This document shows positions 1 to 10,148 of a DNA stretch of 64,000 nt, piece after piece (the first letter of the stretch is position 1; each line of letters opens with the position of its first letter). A model generated the notes under the pieces. That model did not search any database, was not told the DNA's origin, and saw only the letters and a program-made list of their open reading frames with translations. The translations under genes and the position numbers were made by a program. Source of the DNA: Opitutales bacterium (GTDB lineage Bacteria; Verrucomicrobiota; Verrucomicrobiia; Opitutales; PNEW01); NCBI GenBank assembly GCA_965197745.1, contig CBDANS010000004.1, positions 1 to 64,000 on the forward strand, read 5' to 3'.

Positions 1-1094
1 GGTGCGCCAATGGGGGTAAAACCGAAAGTGTCGAAAACCGTCCGGCTTCTCGCTACATTTACATTGGGATTGTCTTTAACAACCAGTCTGCTAATACCCC
101 CCGGAGCACTCAATTCTGCCGCATTGATCGTTAAAAAAGGGGGTTTGTTAATAAATCTTAGAGGACTATTACCAGTAGTTCCACCACTAGAAAAATCCGT
201 AAAAGTAGCAATAAGGTTATCATCAGTATCATATACTTCAATCGAGCCATCTGGGTCTGTGGTGGCGCCCGAAATAACCGCGGCAGCATAAGTATCCACT
301 TCATAAGCCGGGGTTTCAAAGGTGACTTCGAATGAATCACCATTAACTTGAATCCCATAGGATACACCTCCCGAGTGAGTCGGATTTCCTGCTGCTCCGG
401 CCATAATCTGACCGCCATCAAAGGAAGCAGTAAAGGGCGATGTCCCAATAACAAGAGATTCGAACTGTCCTGCACCTACACTGAATTCCTCAAAATATGT
501 CAAGACCGTGTTATTGGATGGTTTGGCCGTGAGGGTGAAGCCCAGATCGTCGAGGGAAAATTTACCTGTAACATTCTTGATCTTTATTTCTCTGATGCCA
601 TCGAGAAAGTCAAAATCCGTGTTATCGATAAAACTACCACTATCTGCAATACCACTCTGTAATGGGGGATTTGCACCGGGGCTGATATTATTCGGCAGAC
701 CATCGATCACACCATTATCGGCGAGAATGAGTTCTATACTCAAAAACGTTGAGAAATTTCCTCGGTACTCGATTCTGCCGGCTCCCGTACTCTCGGCCGC
801 ATAGAATTGGATTTCATCAAGCCCTCTATCCGATACAATTACCCCCTCCTGACCGGGCCCGAGGGTTATCGCTTTTGTTCCGGAGTGTAAAAGCGCAGGA
901 TCCTCTAAAGTTTCAACGGTGAATCCAACTAACTTGACCCTGTTTGGTTCCTCGCCGATGAAAAATTCACCTTCACCGCTGATATTCTCGAAATCTGTGA
1001 ATACCTCCAGGTCTTGAGGAAGGGCCGACAGGTTCACCGGTAAATAGAGCGAAAGAATCAGAATCGGGGATATTTTTATAGGTTTTCTTTTCAT
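1..1094 (-). CDS. Secreted surface protein, paralog of 24590-26815 and 21794-24022; runs off the window start
   Basis: Absent from the ORF track because there is no stop in the window. Manual translation from ATG 1094 is open to base 1: MKRKPIKISPILILSLYLPVNLSALPQDLEVFTDFEN...TFETPAYE...FGFTPIGAP, colinear with 24590-26815. Confidence 0.93.
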   Translation of the reverse strand, partial: MKRKPIKISPILILSLYLPVNLSALPQDLEVFTDFENISGEGEFFIGEEPNRVKLVGFTVETLEDPALLHSGTKAITLGPGQEGVIVSDRGLDEIQFYAAESTGAGRIEYRGNFSTFLSIELILADNGVIDGLPNNISPGANPPLQSGIADSGSFIDNTDFDFLDGIREIKIKNVTGKFSLDDLGFTLTAKPSNNTVLTYFEEFSVGAGQFESLVIGTSPFTASFDGGQIMAGAAGNPTHSGGVSYGIQVNGDSFEVTFETPAYEVDTYAAAVISGATTDPDGSIEVYDTDDNLIATFTDFSSGGTTGNSPLRFINKPPFLTINAAELSAPGGISRLVVKDNPNVNVARSRTVFDTFGFTPIGA

Positions 1095-1285
1095 GCGGTT
1101 ATAACGATTGTAGCGATGCCAAAGATCGGCGCAATGACTATACGCTTATTGGGTATTTTTTTGGCGGTTGGTCAATATCCAAACCTAACTATTATTTAAT
1201 AAAAGGCGTGGGCAAAAGCGATAGTTGCCAATTGAATTGTTTTTTTTGGCAACTGCCCCTGGAACCCGCATAGATAAAGAGGAAA

Positions 1286-1331
1286 CTCTGCGTCCCGAAC
1301 GCAGCGCTCTACCAGGCTGAGCTACAGCCCG
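1286..1331 (-). pseudogene. 5' fragment (46 nt) of tRNA-Pro(CGG); no T arm or 3' acceptor strand
   Basis: Reverse complement CGGGCTGTAGCTCAGCCTGGTAGAGCGCTGCGTTCGGGACGCAGAG gives a D arm plus anticodon stem CTGCG/CGCAG around loop TTCGGGA. Confidence 0.9.
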
Positions 1332-1400
1332 CTTAATACAGGGTAATACTTATATAACTTTTTAAAGTGTCAACGAAAGCTATTTTTTTGCGGGGTGCTG
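1332..1400 (-). promoter_or_regulatory. tRNA-type sigma70 promoter region, repeated at 2851-2920 (-) and 24290-24357 (+)
   Basis: TAGCTTTCG-TTGACA-CTTTAAAAAGTTA-TATAAG; the other copies read TTGATA or TTAACA with AAAAGTAATATAA. Spacing to -10 is not canonical. Confidence 0.6.
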
Positions 1401-1429
1401 GTATAATTCTTTGATTGCCATTTTCCATA

Positions 1430-1455
1430 ACGGCCACGACGACGCGTGGCCCTCC
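1430..1455. repeat. REP-like palindrome ACGGCCACGACGACGCGTGGCCCTCC
   Basis: GGCCACG/CGTGGCC hairpin; an interrupted copy lies at 3806-3880. Confidence 0.7.
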
Positions 1456-1534
1456 AAATATTCGCATCCTCGCATTTAATCATACATGCATTATCACATC
1501 ATCGCATACACGCTTGATCGCATATCCGCCTAAC

Positions 1535-2782
1535 TCATTCCCTGAACCAATCCGATGGAATCACCCTCATGCGAGTACCATACCCTTCAAAAACTCCGCA
1601 GCCGAGATCGTAGGTGACGGCGACTTCGTCTCCGGTGAAGGCAATAGTCGGATAACATACCCGGAGAAAACCCGGTGCCCTGTGATATCGCTCAGCGGGC
1701 TCCGGCTGAAGGTTGCTGTAGACCTCATAGGGTTGGCAGGCTATCGTCTCCCAAGCGGGTGGAGGAGTGACTATGTTCACATCATCCAGAGCTTCCAGGT
1801 TTTTGATGTTCTCCCAGGTCTCTCCCTCGTCCTTTGAGATTGCACACGAGAGGCGGATCCTGCACTTGGAAGTGACAATCTCCTGGCGGGATGCCTGGCT
1901 CCATACCATCAGTAACTCGCCGGTGGTTGGAATGCGCCGGATAAAGGTGGGTGCGTTGGCCGCGGCTATATGAACCGCCTCCGGCCGGGTCCACGATATT
2001 CCACAGTCAGAAGAATAGGACTTGTAAATCCTACCCATCGCAGCTCGAAGGTGCATAAGCAACCTGCCGTCTCGCAGCTCCACAACGGTCGGCTCCTCCA
2101 GATCCCAGGCAGCACGATTTACACTTATAAATAGCTCACTCAGGCTGCGCTTCCAGGTCTTTCCTTCGTCATCAGAAATATGCACAAAGCTGTAGGAGAA
2201 CGTCGGGGAGGGCACACCGTCGCGTGGATTCCAGTCTTCCGCCTCGCCACCGCTTAGTGGGCTGATCCAACGGAAAGCAGGTGCCAGGAGCCGGCCGGAG
2301 GACAGGACGACAGCATGGCCTGTGCAGCAGCATGAGTGGCTCCTGTCAACAAGGACTGGATCGCACCAGGAGCGTCCGCCATCTTCACTGACTCGATAAT
2401 GCACTATCTTGTGATTCTCTCGACCGGAATGCCCGTATTCCTTGTTACTATCGGAATAAATCATCCCCAGAGCTCCTGACTTCAGCCGCAACACACTGAT
2501 ATGGAAACCGCATATGTCACGGCCGGTGGAGTCCCGTGCCTTCCAGTCTTCCTTCCACGTGCGGCCGGCATCGTCGGACACTTTGAAATGTATGGACTGG
2601 TCCGTGTAGACCTCGCTATAGACGAACCAAAGCTGACCGCTGCGATTTCCCTCCAGAACGAGCGACTCCACATGTCCGGGGATTGCCGGTTCAAGGATAT
2701 CCAATTTGAAAAACCTTTCAACATCGAGCGGTGTTCCCGGGACAATCCCGCCCATTTTATCCTTCCACTCTATATCACGCAT
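1535..2782 (-). CDS. BNR/Asp-box beta-propeller glycoside hydrolase (sialidase-like)
   Basis: Five Asp boxes (SDDAGRTW, SEDGGRSW, SDDEGKTW, SSDCGISW, SKDEGETW), EPTVVELRDGRL and YP motifs, AAGGAGG RBS. Confidence 0.85.
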   Translation of the reverse strand: MRDIEWKDKMGGIVPGTPLDVERFFKLDILEPAIPGHVESLVLEGNRSGQLWFVYSEVYTDQSIHFKVSDDAGRTWKEDWKARDSTGRDICGFHISVLRLKSGALGMIYSDSNKEYGHSGRENHKIVHYRVSEDGGRSWCDPVLVDRSHSCCCTGHAVVLSSGRLLAPAFRWISPLSGGEAEDWNPRDGVPSPTFSYSFVHISDDEGKTWKRSLSELFISVNRAAWDLEEPTVVELRDGRLLMHLRAAMGRIYKSYSSDCGISWTRPEAVHIAAANAPTFIRRIPTTGELLMVWSQASRQEIVTSKCRIRLSCAISKDEGETWENIKNLEALDDVNIVTPPPAWETIACQPYEVYSNLQPEPAERYHRAPGFLRVCYPTIAFTGDEVAVTYDLGCGVFEGYGTRMRVIPSDWFRE

Positions 2783-2820
2783 TTACTTATTCCTCCTTAG
2801 TGAGCGGGCGAAAAAATCTT

Positions 2821-2850
2821 CAGCGCTCTACCAGGCTGAGCTACGCCCTG
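2821..2850 (-). pseudogene. 30-nt 5' tRNA fragment matching the tRNA-Pro fragments, upstream of the sialidase-like gene
   Basis: Reverse complement CAGGGCGTAGCTCAGCCTGGTAGAGCGCTG, preceded by the same promoter region. Confidence 0.8.
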
Positions 2851-2944
2851 TCATTTACAGGATAATACTTATATTACTTTTAGAAGTATCAACTAAAGCT
2901 ATTTTTTCGAGGTGCTGGATGATTTCCAAAGGAGGAAGATTAAT

Positions 2945-3020
2945 GGTGGAACGCGCTGTCCCTAGCGCGTTGGAAAGTGTCGTAGTTGAAGAAGCGTGCT
3001 CGGGACAGCCCGCTCCACCT
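2945..3020. repeat. REP doublet (REPIN-like); related copies at 3411-3445, 4022-4053, 12938-13020, 24157-24263
   Basis: GGTGGAACGCGCTGTCCCTAGCGCGTT ... AAGCGTGCTCGGGACAGCCCGCTCCACC, two inverted units. Confidence 0.85.
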
Positions 3021-3167
3021 TACCCGCACATCTGATAAATGCTTAAGCCAAACAGGCTTGAAGCTGTACAACATCTGTGATTAAAATTAACGCCAGGAAT
3101 TCCGTCCGGCATTGCGAGACAATCCCAGTAATACACCAATCCATAAAAAATTAAAATAGGAGGAGTT

Positions 3168-3409
3168 ATGACACTTGAAGAAATTCGTGCGACCTTAGCC
3201 TGGTGCTCAACCATAAATATAGGATTATTACTCTGGTGGTTTTTATTTATCGCCCTGGCGCATGACTGGGTTTACAGAATGCATTCCAAATGGTTCAATA
3301 TCCCTGTCGAAAAGTTTGATGCTATTCATTATGCAGGGATTTCTTTTTCAAATTAAGCATTTTCCTCTTTAACCTCGTGCCGTATTTCGCCTTGCGTATT
3401 GTGGGGTGA
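3168..3409 (+). pseudogene. Small membrane protein (DUF6868-like), frameshifted in a T run
   Basis: WCSTINIGLLLWWF...HDWVYRMHSKWF...FDAIHYAG. Adding one T near 3345 restores FFKLSIFLFNLVPYFALRIVG*; may be a sequencing error. Confidence 0.7.
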
Positions 3410-3491
3410 TTAAGAAACGTGCTGGGGAACAGACCGCGTCCACCTGTTGATGATACGTTTCAGGATGAGCGGGATAGCCGTTTGGTTTGAA

Positions 3492-3612
3492 TTCCATTTT
3501 GTCATTGCGAGGAGTAGCGCGACGAAGCAATCCAGGGAGCTGACGGTACGCTACAGACATTCCCCTGGATCGCCGCAGTCGGCTTCGCCTCCTTCGCGAT
3601 GACAAAATGGAA
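3492..3612. repeat. Palindromic MITE-like element of the GTCATTGCGAG...GAAGCAATC...CGCGATGAC type
   Basis: Terminal inverted repeat TTCCATTTTGTCATTGCGA / TCGCGATGACAAAATGGAA. Confidence 0.75.
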
Positions 3613-4099
3613 ATCGATATTTGGGCGCTCTTAGCTTGTGTGATTACTATATAATTATTCACCAAATCGTAAAACTTTCACGCTACAGTCCTGTCGCTGC
3701 GAGGTGGCGGCGGATCGGAAAATCTACAATTTAAACCGCCAGCAATTCTCTGGGCTCACGCATCTCCAGCAATAAATAGATTGCTGTTTTCCCAATTAAT
3801 CAGTTACGGCCACGATCTGCCTTCGTCCCGTCTCGCAGTCGCGGAAGGACTACGGCATGACAGGCAACGCGTGGCCCTCCGGAAAATATGATTATGATGA
3901 CGCGATTCATTACCTTTATTAAGGGTAAAATAATGGAGGGACGCGCAGAGCCTGTCGGCCATAGCCCAACGGGCGACGGTTGATCGCGTCCGTGTTTATA
4001 TTATAATTAAATCAGGAGATTAAGAAGCGTGCTAGGGACAGCCCGCTCCACCTAATCGCATATACGCATACACGCACATTTCCTTCCACGCATTACCTC

Positions 4100-6565
4100 T
4101 TAATTCCCCTCCGGTTCGAGGATGGTCTCCAGTGAATTGTTTTCCGCGTGGACTCTTACTCCACTAATAATAATCGAGGGTATTTTTAGATTAAGCGTCG
4201 CAGCAATGGGAGTGATTACGGTCAAAACGGGACCGACCGGAACTTCAGCGATAAAATCAAAATTGAGCATTCCATCAGCGGTGGGATTACGGAAATTATA
4301 ATCAACAAGCATAGGGTTACTCCAACCGCTTGTCGTGACCATGCCGTCAACCATTATGCTCAAGGTTTCGGGATCGTCCGGGTCAAGTGATAACGCTACC
4401 TTATTCACTTCCAGTATTTTTCTAAACACAGGTATGCTTATAAACTCTCCTGATGAATTTTCAAAAGAGGTATTTAAATTTAAGGCCTGAAGGCTTGTAA
4501 GATCCGATTTAAAATTATCCTGAGAAATGATGGAACTGAATCCTGCATTGGCGGATGATGACGCCACGACCACATTTGCCTCGTTGCTTTGAAGCAGATC
4601 GCCCCCGGCAATTATTAGAGCTCCATTATACTGAGCAAGAGAAGACCCTTCTCCAATTACCAATTGAGGCATTGCATTTCCCGATGCGTCGATATCCCCA
4701 ACTATTACTCTCACCGAAACCGGCACACCCGGCGCCTTCAATCCCACATCTCCCGTCGAATTATTAAATCGGGTGTTCGCGCAGAGGATCCCGCCAAAAC
4801 CTGTGGAGTTGACAATCTCTAACAAGGCAACATCAGCCACTGCATCATATATTTCTCCTTCAGGAAATAAGTTCTGGTTAACAGCATTGATCGATCCCAC
4901 TGTAAAAATGCTTAAGAAAGTATTCTCGTCTGCACCTTCTACCTCTATCGTCGGTAAACCTTTAACATAACTTACCGATGGCTGATTGTATTTAACCGGA
5001 GGTGCAGCAGCTTCGAATGTGTCAGAATCAAGGGTTACGGTTACGATTGCATTACCGGAAAATTCCACCTGCACAATATCATCATTGATGTCGAGAAATG
5101 AGGCGCGCGTGATTTCATTTTCATCGGTGCGCAGCGTTACGCTTTGTCCCGTTAATAAAACCTGATTGTATACGTTACCGTTGGAGTGGATAATGTTTTC
5201 TCCAACAGTATCTCCTGAACCATCGAGGACTAAATCTACAGGATCAAGGGGTGGATCTCCATTTGTGGTGTCGTTTGTGAGACTAAACACGTAAACGGAA
5301 CCGGAATCGGTATTGTTATCATCGTCTAAGGGTGTTCCTATTACGACCGTGTCACCACTGATTTCAGCAGAAAAGGCAAACCAGTCACGCTCCGCGCCTT
5401 CGCTCGCCGTCAGTTTAAACACCTCACCCCAGTTGTCACTACCGCCTTCATTGCGTTTATAGATATAAGCCGAACCGGAATCCGTTCCGTTATCATCGTC
5501 GAAAGTAGCGCTGACAGCAACGGTGTCACCGTTGATTTCTACCCATCCCCCTAACCAGTCATCGGTCGTGCCGTCACTCGCGATCAGTTTTGTCACCTCG
5601 CCCCAATTGTTATCACCACCTGCATCGCGCTCAAAAATATAGGCCGATCCGGAATCGATACCGTTATCATCGTCTAAATTGGCACCGACCACCAATATAT
5701 CTCCGCTGATCTCTACGTGATTGCCAAATACATCATCTGCCGTGTTGTCACTGGCCAACAGCTTGGTAACTTCTCCCCAATTATCAACCCCGTCCGCGTC
5801 GCGTTCAAAAACATAGGCTGATCCGGAATTGTGGCCATTGTCATCATTCCACTGCGCTCCCACCACAACCGTGTCTCCGTTAATCGCCACTTCATAACCA
5901 AACTTATCTCCCTCAGCATTATCACTGGCGATCAGTTTAGCGACCTCACCCCAGTTGTCGACACCCCCCGCGTCGCGTTCAAAGATGTAAGCCGAGCCGG
6001 AATCAATTCCATTCGCGTCGTCTAAATTTGCGCTGACTGCCACGGTATCTCCACTGATCGCTAAAGACCATCCAAACTGATCACCTGCTTCACTATCGCT
6101 CGCAGTCAGTTTAGCGACCTCACCCCAGTTATCATTACCACCGGCGTTGCGCTCAAAAATATATGCGGAGCCGGAATCGGTGCCATTATCATCATCTAAA
6201 AATGCGCCAACCGCTAAGGTATTATTATCAAGGGCTACATAAATACCAAAATTGTCACCGATTGAGCCATCACTCGCGATCAGTTTAGCTGCTTCCCCCC
6301 AATTGTCGGTTCCCCCCTGGTGGCGATAAAATATATATACGGAACCTGAATTAATATCATTGTCATTGTCTAAAGGCGCACCGACCGCCAGTGTGTTTTC
6401 GCTGATTGCCAGGGAGCGTCCGAACAAGTCTAGCGCTTCGCCATCACTGGCCAGTATTTTGACGCTTTCATTAATGATCACCGGCTGAGCGACAAGGATG
6501 TTTGACCGGATCGCCGTCGGGGCAATGAATAAAAGGAGTAATAAAATGTAAATGCGTGAAGTCAT
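4100..6565 (-). CDS. Secreted FG-GAP repeat beta-propeller protein with the shared ~270-aa domain and a C-terminal extension
   Basis: Signal peptide from MTSRIYILLL; about 7 repeats of KL.ASD....D.FG...VGA..DDDNG.DSGSAYIF; then DLVLDGSGDTVGENIIHSNGNVYNQV. Confidence 0.9.
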   Translation of the reverse strand: MTSRIYILLLLLFIAPTAIRSNILVAQPVIINESVKILASDGEALDLFGRSLAISENTLAVGAPLDNDNDINSGSVYIFYRHQGGTDNWGEAAKLIASDGSIGDNFGIYVALDNNTLAVGAFLDDDNGTDSGSAYIFERNAGGNDNWGEVAKLTASDSEAGDQFGWSLAISGDTVAVSANLDDANGIDSGSAYIFERDAGGVDNWGEVAKLIASDNAEGDKFGYEVAINGDTVVVGAQWNDDNGHNSGSAYVFERDADGVDNWGEVTKLLASDNTADDVFGNHVEISGDILVVGANLDDDNGIDSGSAYIFERDAGGDNNWGEVTKLIASDGTTDDWLGGWVEINGDTVAVSATFDDDNGTDSGSAYIYKRNEGGSDNWGEVFKLTASEGAERDWFAFSAEISGDTVVIGTPLDDDNNTDSGSVYVFSLTNDTTNGDPPLDPVDLVLDGSGDTVGENIIHSNGNVYNQVLLTGQSVTLRTDENEITRASFLDINDDIVQVEFSGNAIVTVTLDSDTFEAAAPPVKYNQPSVSYVKGLPTIEVEGADENTFLSIFTVGSINAVNQNLFPEGEIYDAVADVALLEIVNSTGFGGILCANTRFNNSTGDVGLKAPGVPVSVRVIVGDIDASGNAMPQLVIGEGSSLAQYNGALIIAGGDLLQSNEANVVVASSSANAGFSSIISQDNFKSDLTSLQALNLNTSFENSSGEFISIPVFRKILEVNKVALSLDPDDPETLSIMVDGMVTTSGWSNPMLVDYNFRNPTADGMLNFDFIAEVPVGPVLTVITPIAATLNLKIPSIIISGVRVHAENNSLETILEPEGN

Positions 6566-6743
6566 ATTTCCCAAGCACTGAACAATGCCATCCCCTAAAT
6601 TTACGCCGGGTTTATGGGCGGTCAAGGGCATCAGCGATAAGGTTATCGCCGTTTAGTAATAGAGAGAGGGCAACAAAACAAGGGTGAAGTAAATTGTGCT
6701 CAAACATCCTGAGCGACATTCTTAAATACCGAACCTTACAAGG

Positions 6744-7121
6744 TTATTCTATATCCTTAGTTCCTGCTTGTATAAAACGATCAGCAATTGTGTTGTACTT
6801 ATTCGTCGTTTGCTCGAGCCGTTCCGCCAGTTCATTCATGATAAGTTTGGTCATCCTCGGACTCGATTCGACAATCTCGTTAATGCTGTTGCCTACGAGG
6901 GAAAGTTGACAGTCCGTTTTCGCAACAACACTACAGGTCCTTGGTTTCTCTAAAATGTCGCTGATTTCGCCTATTATACTGGCTGGGGTATCCATAATAG
7001 TAATTACTTTATCCCCCTTGCGAATTTCTAAAGTCCCGCTTTCTAAAATAAAAAGACGGTTGTCCTTGTCTCCTTCCTTGATAAGAACTTGGCCTGCATT
7101 ACAAATAATTTGTTCATTCAT
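6744..7121 (-). CDS. Stand-alone cyclic nucleotide-binding domain protein
   Basis: GQVLIKEGD...LFILESG...GEIS...PRTCSVVA cNMP signature; start taken at MNEQII. Confidence 0.85.
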   Translation of the reverse strand: MNEQIICNAGQVLIKEGDKDNRLFILESGTLEIRKGDKVITIMDTPASIIGEISDILEKPRTCSVVAKTDCQLSLVGNSINEIVESSPRMTKLIMNELAERLEQTTNKYNTIADRFIQAGTKDIE

Positions 7122-7329
7122 ATTATAAATATTTTCCCTCAATCACATTATTTGCATTATTTGTATCGTCTAATATTAGTATTTTGTCATTTAACTTAAA
7201 AATCAAGATGAGGAATGCCGCAAATGACTTTCCCTCAAACACAGTGCTAATACCTCCTGTGAGCGAAGTCAATGCCACAACTTCCATAATTATTGTGTGG
7301 CGAAGAAATAAGATGAAGATGACAAAACT

Positions 7330-8553
7330 ATGAACAACCCTGTAGCTATAAACTGGCGAACACCAATAATTGTCATCATTGCCGGATGCCTGATTGCGAT
7401 GATTGGATTTGGGGTACGGTCCGTTTTTGGACTTTTTCTTGAGCCCATGACCGTTGCCAAGGGTTGGGACCGCGAAACATTTGCACTCGCCATGGCAATT
7501 CAGAATCTAATCTGGGGAGCTTTTATGCCATTAGCTGGCGCAATCGCTGACCGACACGGACCTGTGCGCGTGATCTTCGTGGGATCTCTTATTTATGCAT
7601 GTGGTATCTGGGGCATGGCGGAGGCAACGGCCCCTCTGGCTCTGCACCTTTTTGGTGGATTACTGATGGGACTGGGTGTGGCATTCACCTCTTTTTCACT
7701 GGTACTCGCAGCCATGGCTCGTGTTGTTGGCCCGGCAAAACGCTCGCTGGCTCTTGGTCTGGGGACAGCCGCAGGATCGTTGGGCCAGGTTGTATTTTCA
7801 CCGATCAGTCAAGGTTTCATCGGAGCCTATGGTTGGAAAATGACTCTGTTGCTGCTCGCCGCATCGGCCTTAATTATAATTCCCCTTGCCACCGCCTTAC
7901 CGGGTAGTCCTTCCCGGTCCCGGGATGATGAGATAAATGATCAGAGCATTCGGGAAGCATTGAAAGAGGCTGTTAGTCACCACGGTTATATCCTGCTCAC
8001 ATTTGGGTTTTTTGTATGCGGATTTCATGTTGCCTTTATTACCGTGCACTTCCCCGCCTACATAATGGACATCGGGTTACCCTCGCAGGTAGGAGCCTAT
8101 GCTATTGCCATCATCGGCCTGTTCAATATTATCGGCGCATTTCTGTCGGGTGTGGCCGGTCAGAGGTGGAGCAAAAAATCCAGCCTCAGTCTCATCTATT
8201 TTACGAGGGCAGTGGTCATCAGCCTATTTTTGCTGGCACCTGACAGCGAGATCAGCGTTTACTTGTTTGCCGGCGCCATGGGTGTTCTCTGGCTTTCCAC
8301 GGTACCATTGACTACGGGAATTGTTGCTCAAGTATTCGGTGTTCGTTACATGGCCACCCTTTTCGGCATTGTCTTTTTCAGTCACCAGGTAGGCAGTTTT
8401 TTCGGTATATGGCTCGGAGGACGAATACATGATGTGACAGGATCATACGACAACATGTGGTTGGCAGGGGTCGCGCTGGGAATAGGAGCTGCGATCATAC
8501 ATTTACCCATTGACGAAAGAGCGCTGTCACGGCTGAAAACCGAAGAGGCCTGA
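7330..8553 (+). CDS. MFS transporter
   Basis: 407 aa with about 12 hydrophobic segments; motif A GAIADRHGP. Confidence 0.92.
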   Translation: MNNPVAINWRTPIIVIIAGCLIAMIGFGVRSVFGLFLEPMTVAKGWDRETFALAMAIQNLIWGAFMPLAGAIADRHGPVRVIFVGSLIYACGIWGMAEATAPLALHLFGGLLMGLGVAFTSFSLVLAAMARVVGPAKRSLALGLGTAAGSLGQVVFSPISQGFIGAYGWKMTLLLLAASALIIIPLATALPGSPSRSRDDEINDQSIREALKEAVSHHGYILLTFGFFVCGFHVAFITVHFPAYIMDIGLPSQVGAYAIAIIGLFNIIGAFLSGVAGQRWSKKSSLSLIYFTRAVVISLFLLAPDSEISVYLFAGAMGVLWLSTVPLTTGIVAQVFGVRYMATLFGIVFFSHQVGSFFGIWLGGRIHDVTGSYDNMWLAGVALGIGAAIIHLPIDERALSRLKTEEA

Positions 8554-8705
8554 TTGCTCCACTCGAAGAACCGGCGCTATCGCGACTGCTTACCTGACAT
8601 ATTACGGTTGTTATTGACGCGGTAAGCTCTAATTTGAGTTAATCTATATAAGCCAAGGTTTTAATCGTGGGAGAAATCACCCCCAGCCATTAAGTAAGAA
8701 ATTCC

Positions 8706-9791
8706 ATGAAACAGATGGTTACAACTCAAGAGCCAACCGCACTCTCACTTATCGACTGCGACGTGCACAATTATCCCAATTCAATCGATGAGTTAAAAAC
8801 CTATTTACCGGAGAGGTGGATAGAATACATCACAAAGTCGGGGTTCAAGAGCCCACCGGGTCCGGTATACCCTAAGGGATTTGAATTTGCGGCGCGGAGA
8901 GACGCCTGGCCACCCAGCGGTAAATTACCCGGTAGCGATCCGGATTTTGTGAAAGAACAATTGCTCGACACCTGGGGTATTGATAGGGCCATTCTGAATC
9001 CCTTATACGGGATGTCTGCAGTGCACAACATCGATTTTGCAAACGCGCTCATGCGTGCCGTCAACGACTGGACCGCTGAAATCTGGTTGGGCTCGGATGA
9101 GCGCTGGCGTGGATCAATCGTGGTCAATGTGCAAGATCCTCAAAGCGCGGCTGAAGAGATTAAAAGGGTGGCTAAAAATCCCCGCTTTGTTCAGGTTTTA
9201 TTACTAGTGCGTTCACATGCGCCCTACGGTAGACGTGAATTCCACCCAATATTTCAAGCGGCGAGCGAGTTGAATTTACCGATCGGTATTCATTTTGGCG
9301 GTAGTGGAAACCCCATAACAGCTTGTGGTTGGCCATCGTATTACATCGAAGACCACACGGCTATGGCGCAGGCCTTTCAGGCTCAGGTTGTCAGCCTCGT
9401 CTGTGAGGGTGTGTTCGAGATATTTCCTCAGACTCGAATAGTTATCATTGAGGGGGGCTTTGCTTGGCTACCACCGCTGATGTGGCGTCTCGATAAGAAC
9501 TACAGGGGACTGCGCAACGAAGTGCCGTGGCTCACAAAATTACCCAGTGAGTACATTACAGAGCACTTCCGCGCAACGACACAGCCCATGGAGGAGCCGT
9601 CAAATCCCGAACACTTGATGCAGATTATAGAGATGATCGGACGTGATGATTTTCTGCTGTTCGCAACGGATTACCCTCACTGGGATTTTGATGCCCCGAA
9701 CCGTGCCATCCCCGGCATCGTGTCCGGTGAATTACGCCGGAGCATAATGTCATGCAACGCCGCGGACCTCTATGAATTCGAGCGAGCTTGA
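8706..9791 (+). CDS. Amidohydrolase_2 family metallo-hydrolase
   Basis: IDCDVH, IGIH, EGGFAW and FATDYPHWD motifs. Confidence 0.92.
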   Translation: MKQMVTTQEPTALSLIDCDVHNYPNSIDELKTYLPERWIEYITKSGFKSPPGPVYPKGFEFAARRDAWPPSGKLPGSDPDFVKEQLLDTWGIDRAILNPLYGMSAVHNIDFANALMRAVNDWTAEIWLGSDERWRGSIVVNVQDPQSAAEEIKRVAKNPRFVQVLLLVRSHAPYGRREFHPIFQAASELNLPIGIHFGGSGNPITACGWPSYYIEDHTAMAQAFQAQVVSLVCEGVFEIFPQTRIVIIEGGFAWLPPLMWRLDKNYRGLRNEVPWLTKLPSEYITEHFRATTQPMEEPSNPEHLMQIIEMIGRDDFLLFATDYPHWDFDAPNRAIPGIVSGELRRSIMSCNAADLYEFERA

Positions 9792-10137
9792 TATCGGAGC
9801 TGCGAGCGATTTCGTTCAGGGCAAACCAAAACGTGTTGAAGTAAACGGTAATGCTTTTGTGATCGTACGACAGATAGACGAGATTTACGCTTTACGCGAT
9901 ATCTGTCCCCACCAGGGAGCGAGGCTCTCAAACGGTAGCGTGGGCGGAACGACTCATCATTGCCTGCCGGGTGAAAGTATTCCCTTTGGATCCAGGGGAC
10001 AGATCCTGGTATGCCCGTGGCATGGTTGGGAGTATAACCTGTCTACCGGCCAGTCAATTATTGATCCAGAGCGCATACGGGTTCGTCGTTATCCTGTGCG
10101 TGTAGAGGACGAGCGAATCCTCATTGATCTCGGCTGA
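9772..10137 (+). CDS. Rieske [2Fe-2S] ferredoxin
   Basis: CPHQG and CPWHG motifs; overlaps the amidohydrolase stop. Confidence 0.92.
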   Translation: MNSSELDIGAASDFVQGKPKRVEVNGNAFVIVRQIDEIYALRDICPHQGARLSNGSVGGTTHHCLPGESIPFGSRGQILVCPWHGWEYNLSTGQSIIDPERIRVRRYPVRVEDERILIDLG

Positions 10138-10148
10138 ATCAATTCCTC

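Noticed and set aside
10..804. Short ORFs 10-291, 158-475, 348-662 and 508-804 from the ORF track
   Set aside because: They are shadow frames of the real minus-strand gene 1094-1. Antisense ORFs inside other long genes and IS copies were dismissed likewise.
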